From Octopus sinensis (lineage: Eukaryota), in contig NC_042998.1 in assembly GCF_006345805.1 (NCBI RefSeq), positions 206,956,001 through 207,020,000 on the forward strand: a DNA stretch of 64,000 nucleotides, given 5' to 3'. Position numbers and translations under genes: made by a program. This document shows positions 37,060 to 50,118 of the stretch, in pieces (position 1 is the first letter of the stretch; each line of letters starts with the position of its first letter). The notes beneath the pieces were generated by a model. That model made no database searches. It saw only the letters and a program-made list of their open reading frames with translations, and was not told the DNA's origin.

Positions 37060-37805
37060 ACACACGCATAATGTGTGTGTGTATACATAATGTGTGCATA
37101 TGTTTATATATATAATGTGTGTATGTAATATATATGTGTGTGTGTGTGTGTGTATGCTTATATATATGTGTATATGTTTATATATATAATGTGTGTATGT
37201 AATATATATGTGTGTGTGTGTATGCTTATATATATGTGTATGTTTACATATATAATGTATGTAAATGTGTATATATAATTTATGTATATATTTATAATGT
37301 ATGTATGTGTATGTATATAAATAAATAAAATGTGTGTATATGTTTATATATATAATGTATATAAAATGTACGTATATGTTTATATATATAATACATGTGT
37401 ATATATATATATATAATGTATATAAAATGTGTGTATATGTTTATATATATAATACATGTGTATATATATATATAATGTATATAAAATGTGTGTATATGTT
37501 TATATATATAATACATGTGTATATATATATATATAATGTATATAAAATGTACGTATATGTTTATATATATAATACATGTGTATATATATATATATAATGT
37601 ATATAAAATGTGTGTATATGTTTATATATATAATACATGTGTATATATATATATATATAATGTATATAAAGTGTATATGTTTATATATATAATACATGTG
37701 TATATATATATATATATATAATGTATATAAAATGTACGTATATGTTTATATATATATATAAATGTATATGAAATGTACACATGTATATATTTATATATTT
37801 ATATA
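37060..37805. repeat. AT-rich minisatellite, ~55-62-bp unit
   Basis: Repeats of TATGTTTATATATATAATACATGTG(TA)nATGTATATAAAATGT. Confidence 0.9.
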
Positions 37806-38612
37806 AACAATATCTTTTTCCTTTACTCAGAAGGAAAGTGGAAAGTGATGACGGGGGGGGTCAAAAATAAAATTTAACAAGATATCCATATTAAAACTCA
37901 GTTAAATTCGAGTCAGTAGAAAATCAATTAAGCTTAAAAACAGTCAAAGTAGCAATCAATAATGACAAATTGACGGCAAAAGAAGCCTGGTGGGGGGTGG
38001 GGTGGATTACTTTAACTGCTAGATATAACAAACTGACCTCCCTCATAGAGGTACCTAATCTTCAAAAAGAAAAATAAATAAAAAGAGGACAGATTAGATA
38101 ATGCTAGTCTTAGACACACTATGTATAAAACTGACGAGACACAATGGTCACGGTTGGACTGTCTTTGATCATAGGTCTGCTGCTGCGAAAAGCTAATTAA
38201 TTCGATACAATTAGCGATTAGTAACTTGGTACGATAAAACCGAAAACGAGGTGGATTATTGATCAAAGTGGTGTAAAAAGGTCAAGTCGACCCGGATAGG
38301 ATTTGAACTCTGAACGTCAGGAATAACAATGGAGAGCAGAGAAAAAGTGTACGAAACCCTGGATGTGAGGGGGGTGGGGTGGGGTGGGGGTGGACTGGAA
38401 TTTCCGAGAAAAAATTGCTCATTTTTCAAAATTGTGATTTCTGTTCTGTGAAAGCAAGAAAACTTGCCCTTCTCTGGACAGCCATTCCAAAACACCAGCA
38501 GGACACTTTGGAACCCTGAGAGAAGCGAGGTGAGAGAATAGATGGTGATTTCGTCTTGACAGTTGTTTGAGAATCTTTGTATAGAAAATATACATAAAAA
38601 TATATATATATG

Positions 38613-38695
38613 TAGAATAACCCCTCGGCTACCGCGGGTGTTACGTTCCAAAACCCCACCCCGCGACGGACGAAAATCCACGAAATAGAAACAGT
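38613..38695 (+). mobile_element. Possible Tigger/pogo-like transposon terminus
   Basis: CCCCTCGGCTACCGCGGGTGTTACGTTCCAAAACCCC..CCGCGA..GAAAATCCACGAAATAG resembles TcMar-Tigger ends; opposite end not found. Confidence 0.4.
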
Positions 38696-38910
38696 ACTCT
38701 CTCTACTCTTTCACACGTTTCAGTCATTTGACTGTGGCCATGCTGGAACAAATCGACCCTAGGACTTATTCTTTGTAAGCCTAGTACTCATTCTATCGGT
38801 CTCTTTTGCCGAACTGCTAAGTTACGGGGACATAAACACACCTGCATCGGTTGTCAAGCGATGCTGGGACGGACACACACACAAATACAGACACATAAAC
38901 ATATACACAC

Positions 38911-38977
<67 letters not shown>

Positions 38978-39017
38978 AATTAAGATATATATATACAAAC
39001 ATATACATATATGTATG

Positions 39018-39060
<43 letters not shown>

Positions 39061-39151
39061 ATTAAGGTATATATAAATATTTTAATCTTCGGATTCTTTT
39101 TAATATGCTAGACCACTGGTTTTAATTAATAAATATCAATTTCTACCCTTA

Positions 39152-39202
<51 letters not shown>

Positions 39203-40166
39203 GATGGGTTTCTTTCAGTTTCCGTCTACCAAATCCACTCACAAAACTTTGGTTGGCCTGAGGCTATAGTAGAAAACACTTGCCCAAGGTGCCATGCAGT
39301 GGGACTGAACCTGGAACCATGAGGTTCACACAGCCACTCCTACGTATATATTTTTTAAATATATACGTATAAATTATTTTTGTAATTTGTATATATCTAT
39401 TTTATTATAAATGCAGATCACCACCACAGAGGAATTGACGTAAGCTTAATAAATTGTGATATGGCGAGGGATTACTGTACCCCCATATATACAGGTGTGG
39501 TGAGAAATTAACTAATCTTCAAGATAGATTCTCAAGCCTTGGCACTCGCAAAGTCAGTTACTTAATTTCCATAGTGCCTAAGTAGTCAAGACGGCAACAT
39601 TTTTCTTGAACAGGACACCAGTCCGGGGCAGGGCTGAAAGCCAGCAATTTTTGAGGGGAGGGGACAAGTTGGTTACATTGACTCCAGTACTTGATTGATA
39701 CTTGATCTTATTGACCCCCAGGGGATGAAACAAAAAGTTAATTCCAGTGGGATTTGATCTTCGTTTAAACTATAAGCATTTATGGTATCTGATCTTATAT
39801 TTCAGTCAAGGGTTCATCAAGTAAATCGACGCCAGTATTTATTTTTAATTTTGGTAAGTTTTTTCTCTCTATCAAGCTCTTTGTTGAATTGCACATTATG
39901 TGGATGTAAACAAACCAACACTGGCTGTGAGGTAAGGGTGTGTGGGGACGCATGTATACACACACACGCAAAGTCTGCCACAAAAAAAGAAAAGGTATAC
40001 GCAATTTAGGAAAGGAAAAATCTGTATAAATATTTTAATTCAGTGTTATTGCAATTTGATAAATCCTCGAAAGGGGTATTTATATTTATAGGGGTACTTA
40101 TATTTACAGAATTTTTCCTTTCTTGAAGTTTGTATACGATTTTTTGGCAGACTATGTATAAAATCA

Positions 40167-40333
40167 TAGGCACAAGAGTGGCTATGTGGTAAGTAGCTTG
40201 CTTACCAACCACATGATTTCGGGTTCAGTCCCACTGCGTGGCATGTTGAACAAATGTCGTCTACTATAGCCTCGGGCCGACCAAAGCCTTGTGAGTGGAT
40301 TTGGTACATGGAAACTGAAAGAAACCCGTGTTA

Positions 40334-40410
<77 letters not shown>

Positions 40411-40600
40411 CTGTGTCGCCCCCAACATTGCTTGACAACTGATGGTGGTATGTTTACATCTCCGTAACTTAGTGGTTCAGCAAAAGAGACCGATAGAATA
40501 AGTACTAGGCTTACAAAGAATTAGTCCTGGTGTCGATTTGCTCGACGAACGGTGGTGCTCCAGCATGGCAGCAGTCAAACGACTGAAACAAGTAAAAAAA
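40167..40600 (+). mobile_element. Family A SINE
   Basis: Consensus match with expanded internal (TG)n(TA)n(TG)n. Confidence 0.85.
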
Positions 40601-41581
40601 GAACATATTGAAAAATGGAGAATTATACATCTTCAAAACATATTTATTAAAACGTTTAATTTTTTGATAAAATAAATTTTGAAGACTTACAATTCTCCAT
40701 TCTACTTTGTGAGGTTTTGATTTCATAACTATCATCATCATCATCATCGTTTAACGTCCGTTTTCCATGTTAGCATGGGTTGGACGGTTCAACAGGGGTC
40801 TGGGAAGCCGGAAGGCTTCATCAGGCCCAGTCTGATCTGGCAGTGTTTCTACAACTGGATGCCCTTCCTAATGCCAACCATTCCGTGAGTGTAGTGGGTG
40901 CTTTTTAAGTGAACTCTGGATTTACCTATCGAATATAGCACAGTTTAATTGTTTATCTTAACCGCTTCTAAATGTTCCTCCTCATTCAATGTGGTTAGCC
41001 AGATCTGGACTGCATCAAAGTGCTCATAAGGTACCTGCTTGGATTTTAAATCTCCCATTCCTTTATGCTACATTATTCTTTTATGTGTTTCATTTAACTG
41101 TGGCCATGCTGGATCACTGCCCTCAGTCGAACAAATATCGACCCCGGGGCTTATTCTTTGTAAGGCTAGTACTTATTCTATCGATATCTCTCTGCCGAAC
41201 CGCTAAGTGACGAGATCCCAAACACACCAACATCAGATGTCAAGCGATGGTGGGGGACAAACATAGACACAAATAACAAATACATATATATATATATACA
41301 CACACACACACATACACGACGCACTTCTTTTCAGCAAATCCACTCACAAAGCTTTGGTTGGCCCGAGGCTATAGTAGAAGACACTTGCCCAAGGTGTCAT
41401 GCAGTGGGACTGAACCTTGAACCATGTGGTTGGGAAGCAAGCTTCTTACCACACAGCCACCCCTGTGCTTATATATAGGAATTCCACCCAATAGACCAAA
41501 CCACCTACCACCTCTCCTTTTTCTGTCTTGTTTAACTTGCATAAAGGACCTTTTTTTTTCTTTCATAAAGACTGAATATCA

Positions 41582-41965
41582 TCTCTTTTACTTGTTTCAG
41601 TCATTTGACTGCGGCCATGCTGGAGCATCGCCTTTAGTCGAGCAAATCGACCCCGGGACTTATTTTTTGTAAGCCCAGTACTTATTCTATCGGTCTCTTT
41701 TGCCGAACCGCTAAGTGACGGGGACGTAGACAAACCAGCATCGGTTGTCAAGCAATGCTAGGGGGACAAACACACACATACATATATATACATATACATA
41801 TATACGACAGGCTTCTTTCAGTTTCCGTCTACCAGATCCACTCACAAGGCATTGGTCGGCCTGGGGCTATAGCAGAAGACACTTGCCCAAGGTGCCACGC
41901 AGTGGGACTGAACCCAGAACCATGTGGCTGGTTAGCAAGCTACTTACCACACAGCCACTCCTGCA
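41582..41965 (-). mobile_element. Family A SINE (another copy directly left at about 41085-41465)
   Basis: Reverse complement of the consensus. Confidence 0.85.
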
Positions 41966-44900
41966 ACTATTGATAAAATTTCTATGGCACTGTCAACAAA
42001 ATTAATAAATTCCTTTTCCTTTTTGTCTATTTTTTCATGCTAGCATGGGTTAGACTAATCTCACAGTCAAAGCACAACTCTACCTTTAAGAAAATTCCCA
42101 AGACATACAAAACAATGTTGAAATTATCCATCGTAATCAGATGTTCTGATAGTCTATTTCACATTGAGACAGTTCCATTTTTAAAACAGAATGGTAATCC
42201 TTTGGTATTGGTGTACGTCATTCACCCACGCAACCTTCCATCAGGACGTAGATAAAGAAGCTAGGCTGAAAAAAGAGGGTGAATGACACCATTTCCTAAC
42301 ACTGATACACTGTAGACCAATACCAAAGGAATGCCAACAAAATATTTATATAAAACTAATTCTGGGGTATATTAAAAAAAAAAAATTCTTAGAGAGAAAC
42401 ATCTTGTATCAAAATTATTACACTTTCGAAAAAAAAATTGTTAAAGAAAATACCCATCTTTTATTGTTTGCTTGTTTCAGTCATTAGACTGCAACCATTC
42501 CAGAGACACCGCCTTGAAGAATTTTAGTTGAATGAACTGACCCCAGAACTTGCTTTTGAGCTCCTTTCGAATGTTGGGCCTCAAAGAGGCAATGACTGAA
42601 GCCTTTGAGAAGAAGACCCATCAAGCCAAATAAACCACAGTCATGACAGATACTGGTGCCACGTAAAAGCACCCATTACACCCTTGGAATGGTTGGCATT
42701 AGGAAGGACATCCAACCAAAGAAACCATGCCAAAATAGACTGGAGTCTGATGCAGCCTTCCAGCTTGCCATCCCTGGTCAAACCGCCCAACCCATGCCAG
42801 CACGGACAACAGATGTTAAATGATGATGGTATTTATTCTAATGGTCTCTTCTATTGAACAGCTAAGTCTGGGGATGGGAACACACCGACACTGGTTATCA
42901 AGTGGTGTAGTATGGACAAAGATAAAGACACACACAATGGACTTCTCTCAGTTTCTATTGATCAGATCCAAGCACAAGGCTTTGGTTAGCCGAAGGCTAT
43001 AGTAACAGACATTTGCCTAAAGTGCCATGCCATGGAATTGAACCCGGAAGCAGGTGGTTGGGAAGCAAATTTCTTTAAGGGTTTGAAATTTTAAAATGAT
43101 CTCGATAAACAAAAGAACACTGCCCTCACTCAACACGGTCAATAGCCGTTAACATGTAAGGACTTAAAGATCTCCATGACAAGACAATTTTGTGGTTAAT
43201 CCATTATCTAATTTCATGCCACTGATCTGGCATCTTTAATGGAATCCAGCTTGTTCTAAGCATTCAGTTCAGGTCTCTGGCTTGAGGATACCTTCTTCCT
43301 TCTTATAGAGTCACAGGGGGCCCTGTAAAGGCACAAGGGCCCTGTAAAGGCACAAGGGCCCTGCCTACCCCACCCTACTGAAGAGATTAAATTTTGCTTT
43401 TAAGACACACTTTGGAAGTGGACTGCCATAGCTCAGTGTAATATAATGGTTCTTGACCATTTTTTTCTTATAGACACATGCTGGCGGCACGCAATAAGCA
43501 CCATTCATGCGTGGGTCGTTACCAGTGCCGCCTGACTGGCTCTCCATACCAATGGCATGTAAAAAGCACCCACTGCACTCTCAGAGTGGTTGGCGTTAGG
43601 AAGGGCATGCAGCTGTAGAAACCTTGCCAAATCAGATTGGAGACTGGTGCAGTCTCTAGTCAAACCATCCAACACATGCCACCTTGGAAAATGGATATTA
43701 AATGATGATGATGGACCCCTTTGAATCCTATTTTGCTCTACTGGACCTTTATAAACATTTAATGTTTAAAAGAAATCATCATCATTTAACATCTGCCTTC
43801 CATGCTGGAATGGGTGGGAATGTTTGACAGGAGCTGGCCAGGCCGAAGCCTGCACCAGACTTCTGTGACTGTTTTGGCAAGGTTTTTACAGCTGGATGCC
43901 CTTCCTAACACCAACCACTCAGCAGAGTGGACTTAGTGCTTTTTACGTGGAACACGCACAGGCAAGGTCAGTTTTGGCAGGGTTTTTACAGCTGGATGCC
44001 CTTCCTAACACCAACCACTCAGCAGAGGGGACTTAATGCTTTTTAGCATAATTAAATATTATTAGAAATTTTACCAAAAAAATTATTAAAATGTTTTGTG
44101 TAATGTAGATGTACAACCAATATTTTGTACATAAGTTTTAAGAAGAAAATCTTATAGGGACCCCCAAATGTCAAACAGACTTTCATTGAGAACCACCAAT
44201 GTAATGTAAACATCAAATCTTCAGTTACAAGAATTCCCAGGTCAGAAATAATTACTATTAATGTTTTTGAAACCAAGATGTTAAACCAAACATTTTTGGA
44301 CAGCCGAAAACAAATGCAAATTTTATTAAGAACCAGTGGAGATTAAATTTTAGAATTATTTAAAACTGAATTGGTATCAATAAATAAATGCATTTTTGCA
44401 TGACCAGCATATAACTTTAAATTAGTAAAAAAAAAAAAAACCCCAAAACCTGAATGTCATTATGACAGGTGATTCATATAAACTAGAAAAAGTATTGGCT
44501 CAAGAAGGCCTCCTTGTAGAACACCGTATGACCAGATGGTGGCTGTGGGGTAAGAGGTTTGCTTCCCAGCCACAGGATTTCAGGTTCACTCCCATTCTGT
44601 GGCACCTTGGCCAAATGTCTCCTACTATAGCTTCAGGCCAACCACAGCCCTCTGAATGAATTTGGTAGACGGAAACTGAAAGAAGCTGACTGTATATATA
44701 TATCAACAACATCATTTAACATCCACTTTCCATGCTGGCATCGGTTGGATGGTTTGAAATGGAGCTGTCCAAACTCCAATCGTCTGTTGTGACATGTTCT
44801 CTACAGCTGGATGCCCTTCCTAATGCCAACCACTTGACCGATCATGCTGGCTGCCTTTTAATGTGCCATTGGCATGGGTGCATTTACACAGCACCAGTAC

Positions 44901-45289
44901 AGGTGCTGCTTATGTGGCACTGGCACCTGCAAAGGCCAAGCCTGTATGTGTGCAAGACAGCAGTTTTACTTAGCTTGACATCATCATCATTGTTTAACAT
45001 CCGCTTTCCATGCTAGCATGGGGTGGACGATTTTGACTGAGGGCTGGCGAACCAGATGGCCGCACCAGATTCCAATCTTGATCTGGCAGAGTTTCTACAG
45101 CTGGATGCCCTTCCTAACGCCAACCACTCTGAGAGTGTAGTGGGTGCTTTTTATGTACCACCAACACGTGGCCAGTCAGGCGACGTTGGTAATGATCACG
45201 CTTGAATGGTGCCTTTTACGTGCCACTGACATGGAGGCCAGTTAGCCGCTCTGGTAACGACATGTTTCATCAAATCACATATTTCATGC

Positions 45290-45475
45290 TCCCTTATCAT
45301 TTCCTCAGTGAGGCCCAGCCTCCAAAGATCCTTTCTCACCCCTTTGTCCCATGTCTTCTTGGGTCTACCCCTTCCACAATTAGAGCTCAGCACTTCTTCA
45401 TGCAGCTGTTTTCATCCATACGCATCACATGACCAAACCAGTCTTCTCTCTTGCACACAACATCTGATGCCTCTT
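45290..45475 (-). mobile_element. RTE-type LINE 3' fragment
   Basis: Minus frame ..CGRGRPKKTWDKGVRKDLWRLGLTEEM... Confidence 0.7.
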
Positions 45476-45850
45476 AAATCATTTACATTCTGCTGTGCAG
45501 AGTGTGTGTGAGAATGTGTCTTTGTACCTGTGTTGGTGTGTTTCTGTCCCCATAACTTAATGATTCACCAAATGGAACAAACTGCCGGCATCTGTTGTTA
45601 GTTGCTGGAGCTCTGCATCCTTCAAAACTTCCATGCTTCCCAAGATTCGCTAACACTACACCTGATTTTCTCTCCCCTCCATACACACGCAAGCATCTAT
45701 CTGACTCATACACTGTTCACTTCCCAGACATTGGTACATTACTGCATGTGCTTTATACGCACTTTTGACAAGTTGTGGTGCACCTGAGCAATGATACAAT
45801 AATTTTGTTATTATTATTTAAATGACCTACAGAATAAATATTAGGCTTAA

Positions 45851-46071
45851 CCCTTTTGTTACCATATTTCTGTTGAGATGCTCTGTGTTTCTTTCAATTA
45901 ATTTTAAATATAACAAAGAATTTAGTAAAATAACTTAGTTATCATTCAGCTGGTGTTAAGAACATAAATTGTGTCTAAGGTTTGGTGGAAGATTTTAATT
46001 CAGAACTTTTGAAAACAAGACATTTGTACTCAGAGCCAGAGCCGGTTACAGCTGGGTTGGTATCGAAAGGG
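45851..46071. mobile_element. piggyBac-type MITE (221 bp)
   Basis: TTAA TSD at 45847-45850 and 46072-46075; TIRs CCCTTTTGTTACC / GGTATCGAAAGGG. Confidence 0.85.
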
Positions 46072-48244
46072 TTAAAAAAAAAAAAAAAGGTTCTGGGGTC
46101 GATTTGTTTGACTAAAAATTCTTCAAGGCTGTGCCTCAGCATGGCCGCAGTCCAATGACTGACACAAGTAAAAAAATAAAAGAGCCTTCCATTTTCTAAA
46201 CAGTTACTCAACCATACTAACAGATCTACCATCAATCTGTGTATTCACCAAACTTGTCAACAGATTTTACTAAAGTAAGGTAACAGCTGATTCATTAAAA
46301 CAATATAACAATTAAAAATTGTGATACTGGAAACCTTTTACTCATAAATTCAGGTCAAAAATGAAGGTTTCTCGTACAGAATACAATGCATAGTTTTAAA
46401 GATGTCAGAAGATGACATGAGGGAAGAGTTGGCTGTTATTTCCAGTATTTAGAGCGATGCTGTATCTAGCGCAGTGCTTTTCAACCATTTCTCTACCTGT
46501 GGACCACTTTAATTCCTGTTTTACTCTACAGAACCTCCAGAGCCATTCCTTTTGCTCATTTCAGTCATTAGACTGTGGCCATGCTGGGGCATCACCTCAA
46601 AGATCCTTTAGGCGAATGATTCGACCCCAGTACTTATTTTTTAAGCTTTCTACTCATTCTATCAGTCTCTTTTGCCGAACCACTAAGTTAAAGGGTTGTA
46701 AACACACCAACACTGGTTGTCAAGTGCTGGCAGGGTACAAACACACACACACATATATATATAAGACAGGATTCCTTCAGTTTCTGTCAACCAAATCCAC
46801 TCATATTTGAGGCTATAGCAGAAGATATTTACCCAAAGTGCCACACACCTCCGATTTAGGAACCCCTGCTGTTTGTCCCTGGTTTAACCAACATAATTCT
46901 TTTAGACGAACAATGTTAGTAAACTGAGATCACTTTACAACCACACAGTTTCGAGTTCAGTCCCACTCTCGAAACATGGCACCTTGGGCAAATGGCGCAG
47001 GGCCAACCAAAGCATTGCAAATGAACTTGGTAAGCAGAAACTGCGCGGAAGCCCATTATATGTGTGTATGTGCATGTCTTGGAAAGCGATGTTGGGTTAT
47101 GTCCCCCATAACCAAGCGGTTTGGCAAAACAGACAGAAAGAGATAATAAATGGCAAAGTCGACCTCGGCGGAATTTGAACTCGGAACATCTTTTAAAATG
47201 TTTCGCATCAAACAAATTGAAGAAAAAGGAACTCAAAAACTTGTGATGGTGGTAGTGTTTATTCTAAACCACTTAAGTTAACTCGGCCACTTTTCAGACC
47301 CACTGTCTATGTTTTTGTTTTCGTCACTAAATATAAAACTAAAACCAATTATTTTTTGCTATTTCTGTGTCACACAACGGAAATTATAATTGCTAAAAAT
47401 AAAATATAAATTCAGTTTTTCACTATAACATTTACAACACTCTGCCCCCTTTTTCCTTTCGTAATATTTTCCTTACCGCATGAGGTACGGGAGGTGGAAT
47501 CACAAACTCCACCCTTGATCAATTCATTAATTGCTTACTCATGTAGAGTAAAGATCGCCAAATTGCAATATTTAAAAAATTATTTTTCATGTTAAATGTA
47601 CTAAAAAAAAGAAGAAATAAAAAGCAAATGGAAGATTTGAGCAGAATTTCTCAGCTCTTTCTAGCAAGTTTAATGACCGTGTAGAAGAAGCTACTTGGTT
47701 GTTTGAAGAGCATATTGACACCGATGTTATTTAGCCCTAGGTCGAATTGAAGCAACCTATGAATCATAGGCATTTCCAACTACACATTCTGCTGCTGCTG
47801 TTGGTGTTGTTATTTAGCCCAAGGCCAGCACTCATTGAGTAAACTTATCACACACACACACACACAGAGTCCAAGATTCAGAACACCGTGTTATCTATTA
47901 CTGCCACATTCATTTATATATATCCTCGTTTTTATATAAGAGATAAGGTGTGATTCGAGAGATTTTGCTGCTATTTCTAGTGGGTCATAAAGGAGACTTC
48001 CCTTGTTGGTTGGTTGGTTCTTATTTCACCCCCCCCCCCGAGTGGAAACTGGATCAGAAATGAAGAGAATTAGGGGGAGGGGGCTCTTCACAGCCCCTTC
48101 TAGTTTCTCACAGACATAACCACCAATGGACCCTCCCCCCGTTCCTAGTATATAACCAACCATAGCTGGCTTTATTGATCTTCAAGGAAGAACGGACGAA
48201 ACTCAATACGGTTCCCGAATCACTAACGAACCGAAGTTCAACTC

Positions 48245-48980
48245 TTGCTAGAAATAGCAGCTAAATCCCCCCCTCCCCATCAAATAATAGCTTATGTAGT
48301 AGCCTTCCGCCCATTTAAAAAGATGGGATGGTCACATCTAGAACACCTCTTATCATTGGTCTTGTTTCACAAAAGTTGACCCGTGGTGAAGCAACAGCCA
48401 TTAACGATCCAACGAATAAGCGTCTGATTGCTAGATATAGATGCCAAAATCTCCCTCAAATCACACCCTACCGTTTTGTGAAGGGCATATTACTGGCTAA
48501 TTTCAGTCCTTCAAGCATCGAAGACAGGATGGTCACGTATGGAATACTTTTGATCTGATCCTAAGTCGGTTTCATGCGATAAAGCAACAAGCCATTGACG
48601 ATCCAATGAAGCCTTGTGTTGCTTTGCTAGAAATAGCAGCCAAATCGTACCCTACCGTCTTTTATAAAACAGGATACACCAGTAGCAAATGTAGTACTCC
48701 ACACATCTATTAACATAGGATGGTCACATCTGGAATATCCTTGATCATATGTCTGTTTCATAGGAGTGAATCTACAGTTAAACAACAGCCATTGACGATC
48801 CAACGAGAAAGCTTCTACTGTGTTGCTCTAACCGCTAAACATAGCAGCCAAATCTCCCTCAGTTTTTTTTTTTGTGGTGGGGGTGAACAGGAAGGACATA
48901 TTAAATAACATGGTCCTACTTAATGTATGATATAATCTGCCTTAAAAAAAGGGGATTGTCACAGCTGGAATGTCTCCTTT
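48245..48980 (+). repeat. Degenerate tandem array (~200-bp period) of a dispersed repeat
   Basis: GGATGGTCAC recurs near 48326, 48527, 48718 and 48952, and TAGCAGC.AAATC near 48256, 48633 and 48842. Confidence 0.65.
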
Positions 48981-48985
48981 AGGTA

Positions 48986-49195
48986 CTACTAGCGAACAGT
49001 GGTCCCGGTGCGCGCACTCGCGCTAGCTAGTCGTAAGTAGTCGATCCTACATTTTTTAAACTAAGTAAATGAATTATTTTTTACAAACAAACTAAGGTTA
49101 GGGTTGGGGTTAAAAAGTCGTTGTAGGATCGACTACTTACGACTAGCTAGCGCGTATGCGCGAGTGCGCGCACCGGGACCACTGTTGGCTAGTAG
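48986..49195. mobile_element. CpG-rich MITE with ~70-bp TIRs and TA TSD
   Basis: TA|CTACTAGC..GATCCTACA / TGTAGGATC..GCTAGTAG|TA; one mismatch and an 8-nt indel between the arms. Confidence 0.85.
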
Positions 49196-49371
49196 TACCG
49201 TCCTTTTAATCATGGGCCTGGCGACCGGGGGCTAAACAACGAGTTTAATTACCGAGATGGTTACTGAAATGAAGAAAGGAAAAACAAAAAGGTACATCAT
49301 GATAATCGAAAAAAAAAACCCCAACCAAACAAAACCCAACAATAATAAAGTAGAGATGTGTGTTGTCTTAC

Positions 49372-49527
49372 CTGTAATGTCGAGAAGTGTTTGTCGTTAA
49401 ATTTGTTCTCAACGTAACGAAGAATCAAAGAGGTTTTGCCCACACAGCCCTCACCTAACAACACAATCTTGAAAGAATAGTTATGAGACGCACTTCCATG
49501 GCCTCCAACAAGGCCACTGTTGGCCAT
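49372..49527 (-). CDS. RAB21: Rab21 coding exon 1 (MANSG..YSFKIVLLGEGCVGKTSLILRYVENKFNDKHFSTLQ)
   Basis: P-loop GEGCVGKTS diagnostic of Rab21, strong Kozak GGCACCATGG, CAG|gtaaga donor, 52 codons. Confidence 0.96.
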
Positions 49528-49793
49528 GGTGCCTCCTCAACGGGAGAACTGTACGCCTTGGCAATACGGAGATATATTATTTGTATGTTGTGTGGTTGCG
49601 TGTATGCAATGGTGAAATATTCGGACAAGTGTGCGTGACTGTGTGTGGCTGTGTGTGGCTTGGTGGCTTGTATCTTTAACCTGGTGTGTGTGGGTATGTA
49701 TTGGTATTATATGTATTTATATATTTTGCTGGGGTGTTTTGTCTGTTGGTGTTGTATACGGGTGTGCGGGCTTAGAGAAGGACGTGTTTGTGT

Positions 49794-49871
49794 TCAGAAT
49801 GCGTAAGCCATGAATGGATGAAAGAAAAACATCGGTGGAAGAGGTTAAGTGGTGATAATCCGAATGGCCAT
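49794..49871 (-). other. Two short upstream ORFs in the putative Rab21 leader (MAIRIITT*, 49845-49871; MFFFHPFMAYAF*, 49794-49832)
   Basis: ATG-to-stop frames read directly; relevant only if transcription starts upstream of 49871. Confidence 0.45.
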
Positions 49872-50102
49872 AATACGAAGTGGTGAAGACCAAGGAAATA
49901 AACAGGTTGTTTATGCTCGTCGGTGGCTTTTCTGTGTAGCAGCGACGGCCTGGAGAGATGTTACTGGTGTTGGAAGCAATATAGAGTTTACTACACTACG
50001 TTAGAGTAGAGGAGGAAGAAGGACAGCCAGGGAGAAGAGAGAGAGAGAGACCATGGAGGAATATGAAGTCTGTGACAGACGACAACAAGTACAATGGCTG
50101 GT

Positions 50103-50118
50103 CCGATGACGTCATCGG
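50103..50118. promoter_or_regulatory. Perfect 16-bp palindrome CCGATGACGTCATCGG containing a full CRE/ATF site
   Basis: TGACGTCA core, about 55-70 bp upstream of a pyrimidine tract (minus strand, about 50035-50050) that could be the Rab21 start region. Confidence 0.65.

Larger units (their letters stand above)
3854..49371 (-). other. RAB21: Rab21 intron 1 (45,518 bp, GT-AG)
   Basis: Interval between the exon 1 donor (GT at 49371-49370) and the exon 2 acceptor (AG at 3855-3854). Confidence 0.85.

Noticed and set aside
36283-37721. Many long Y/I/H/T/C/V-rich ORFs (up to 216 aa)
   Set aside because: They are translations of TA/CA/TG minisatellites, which lack stop codons by composition.
49116-49130. 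Telomere-like GGTTAGGGTTGGGG
   Set aside because: A single unit inside a MITE loop, not an interstitial telomeric array.
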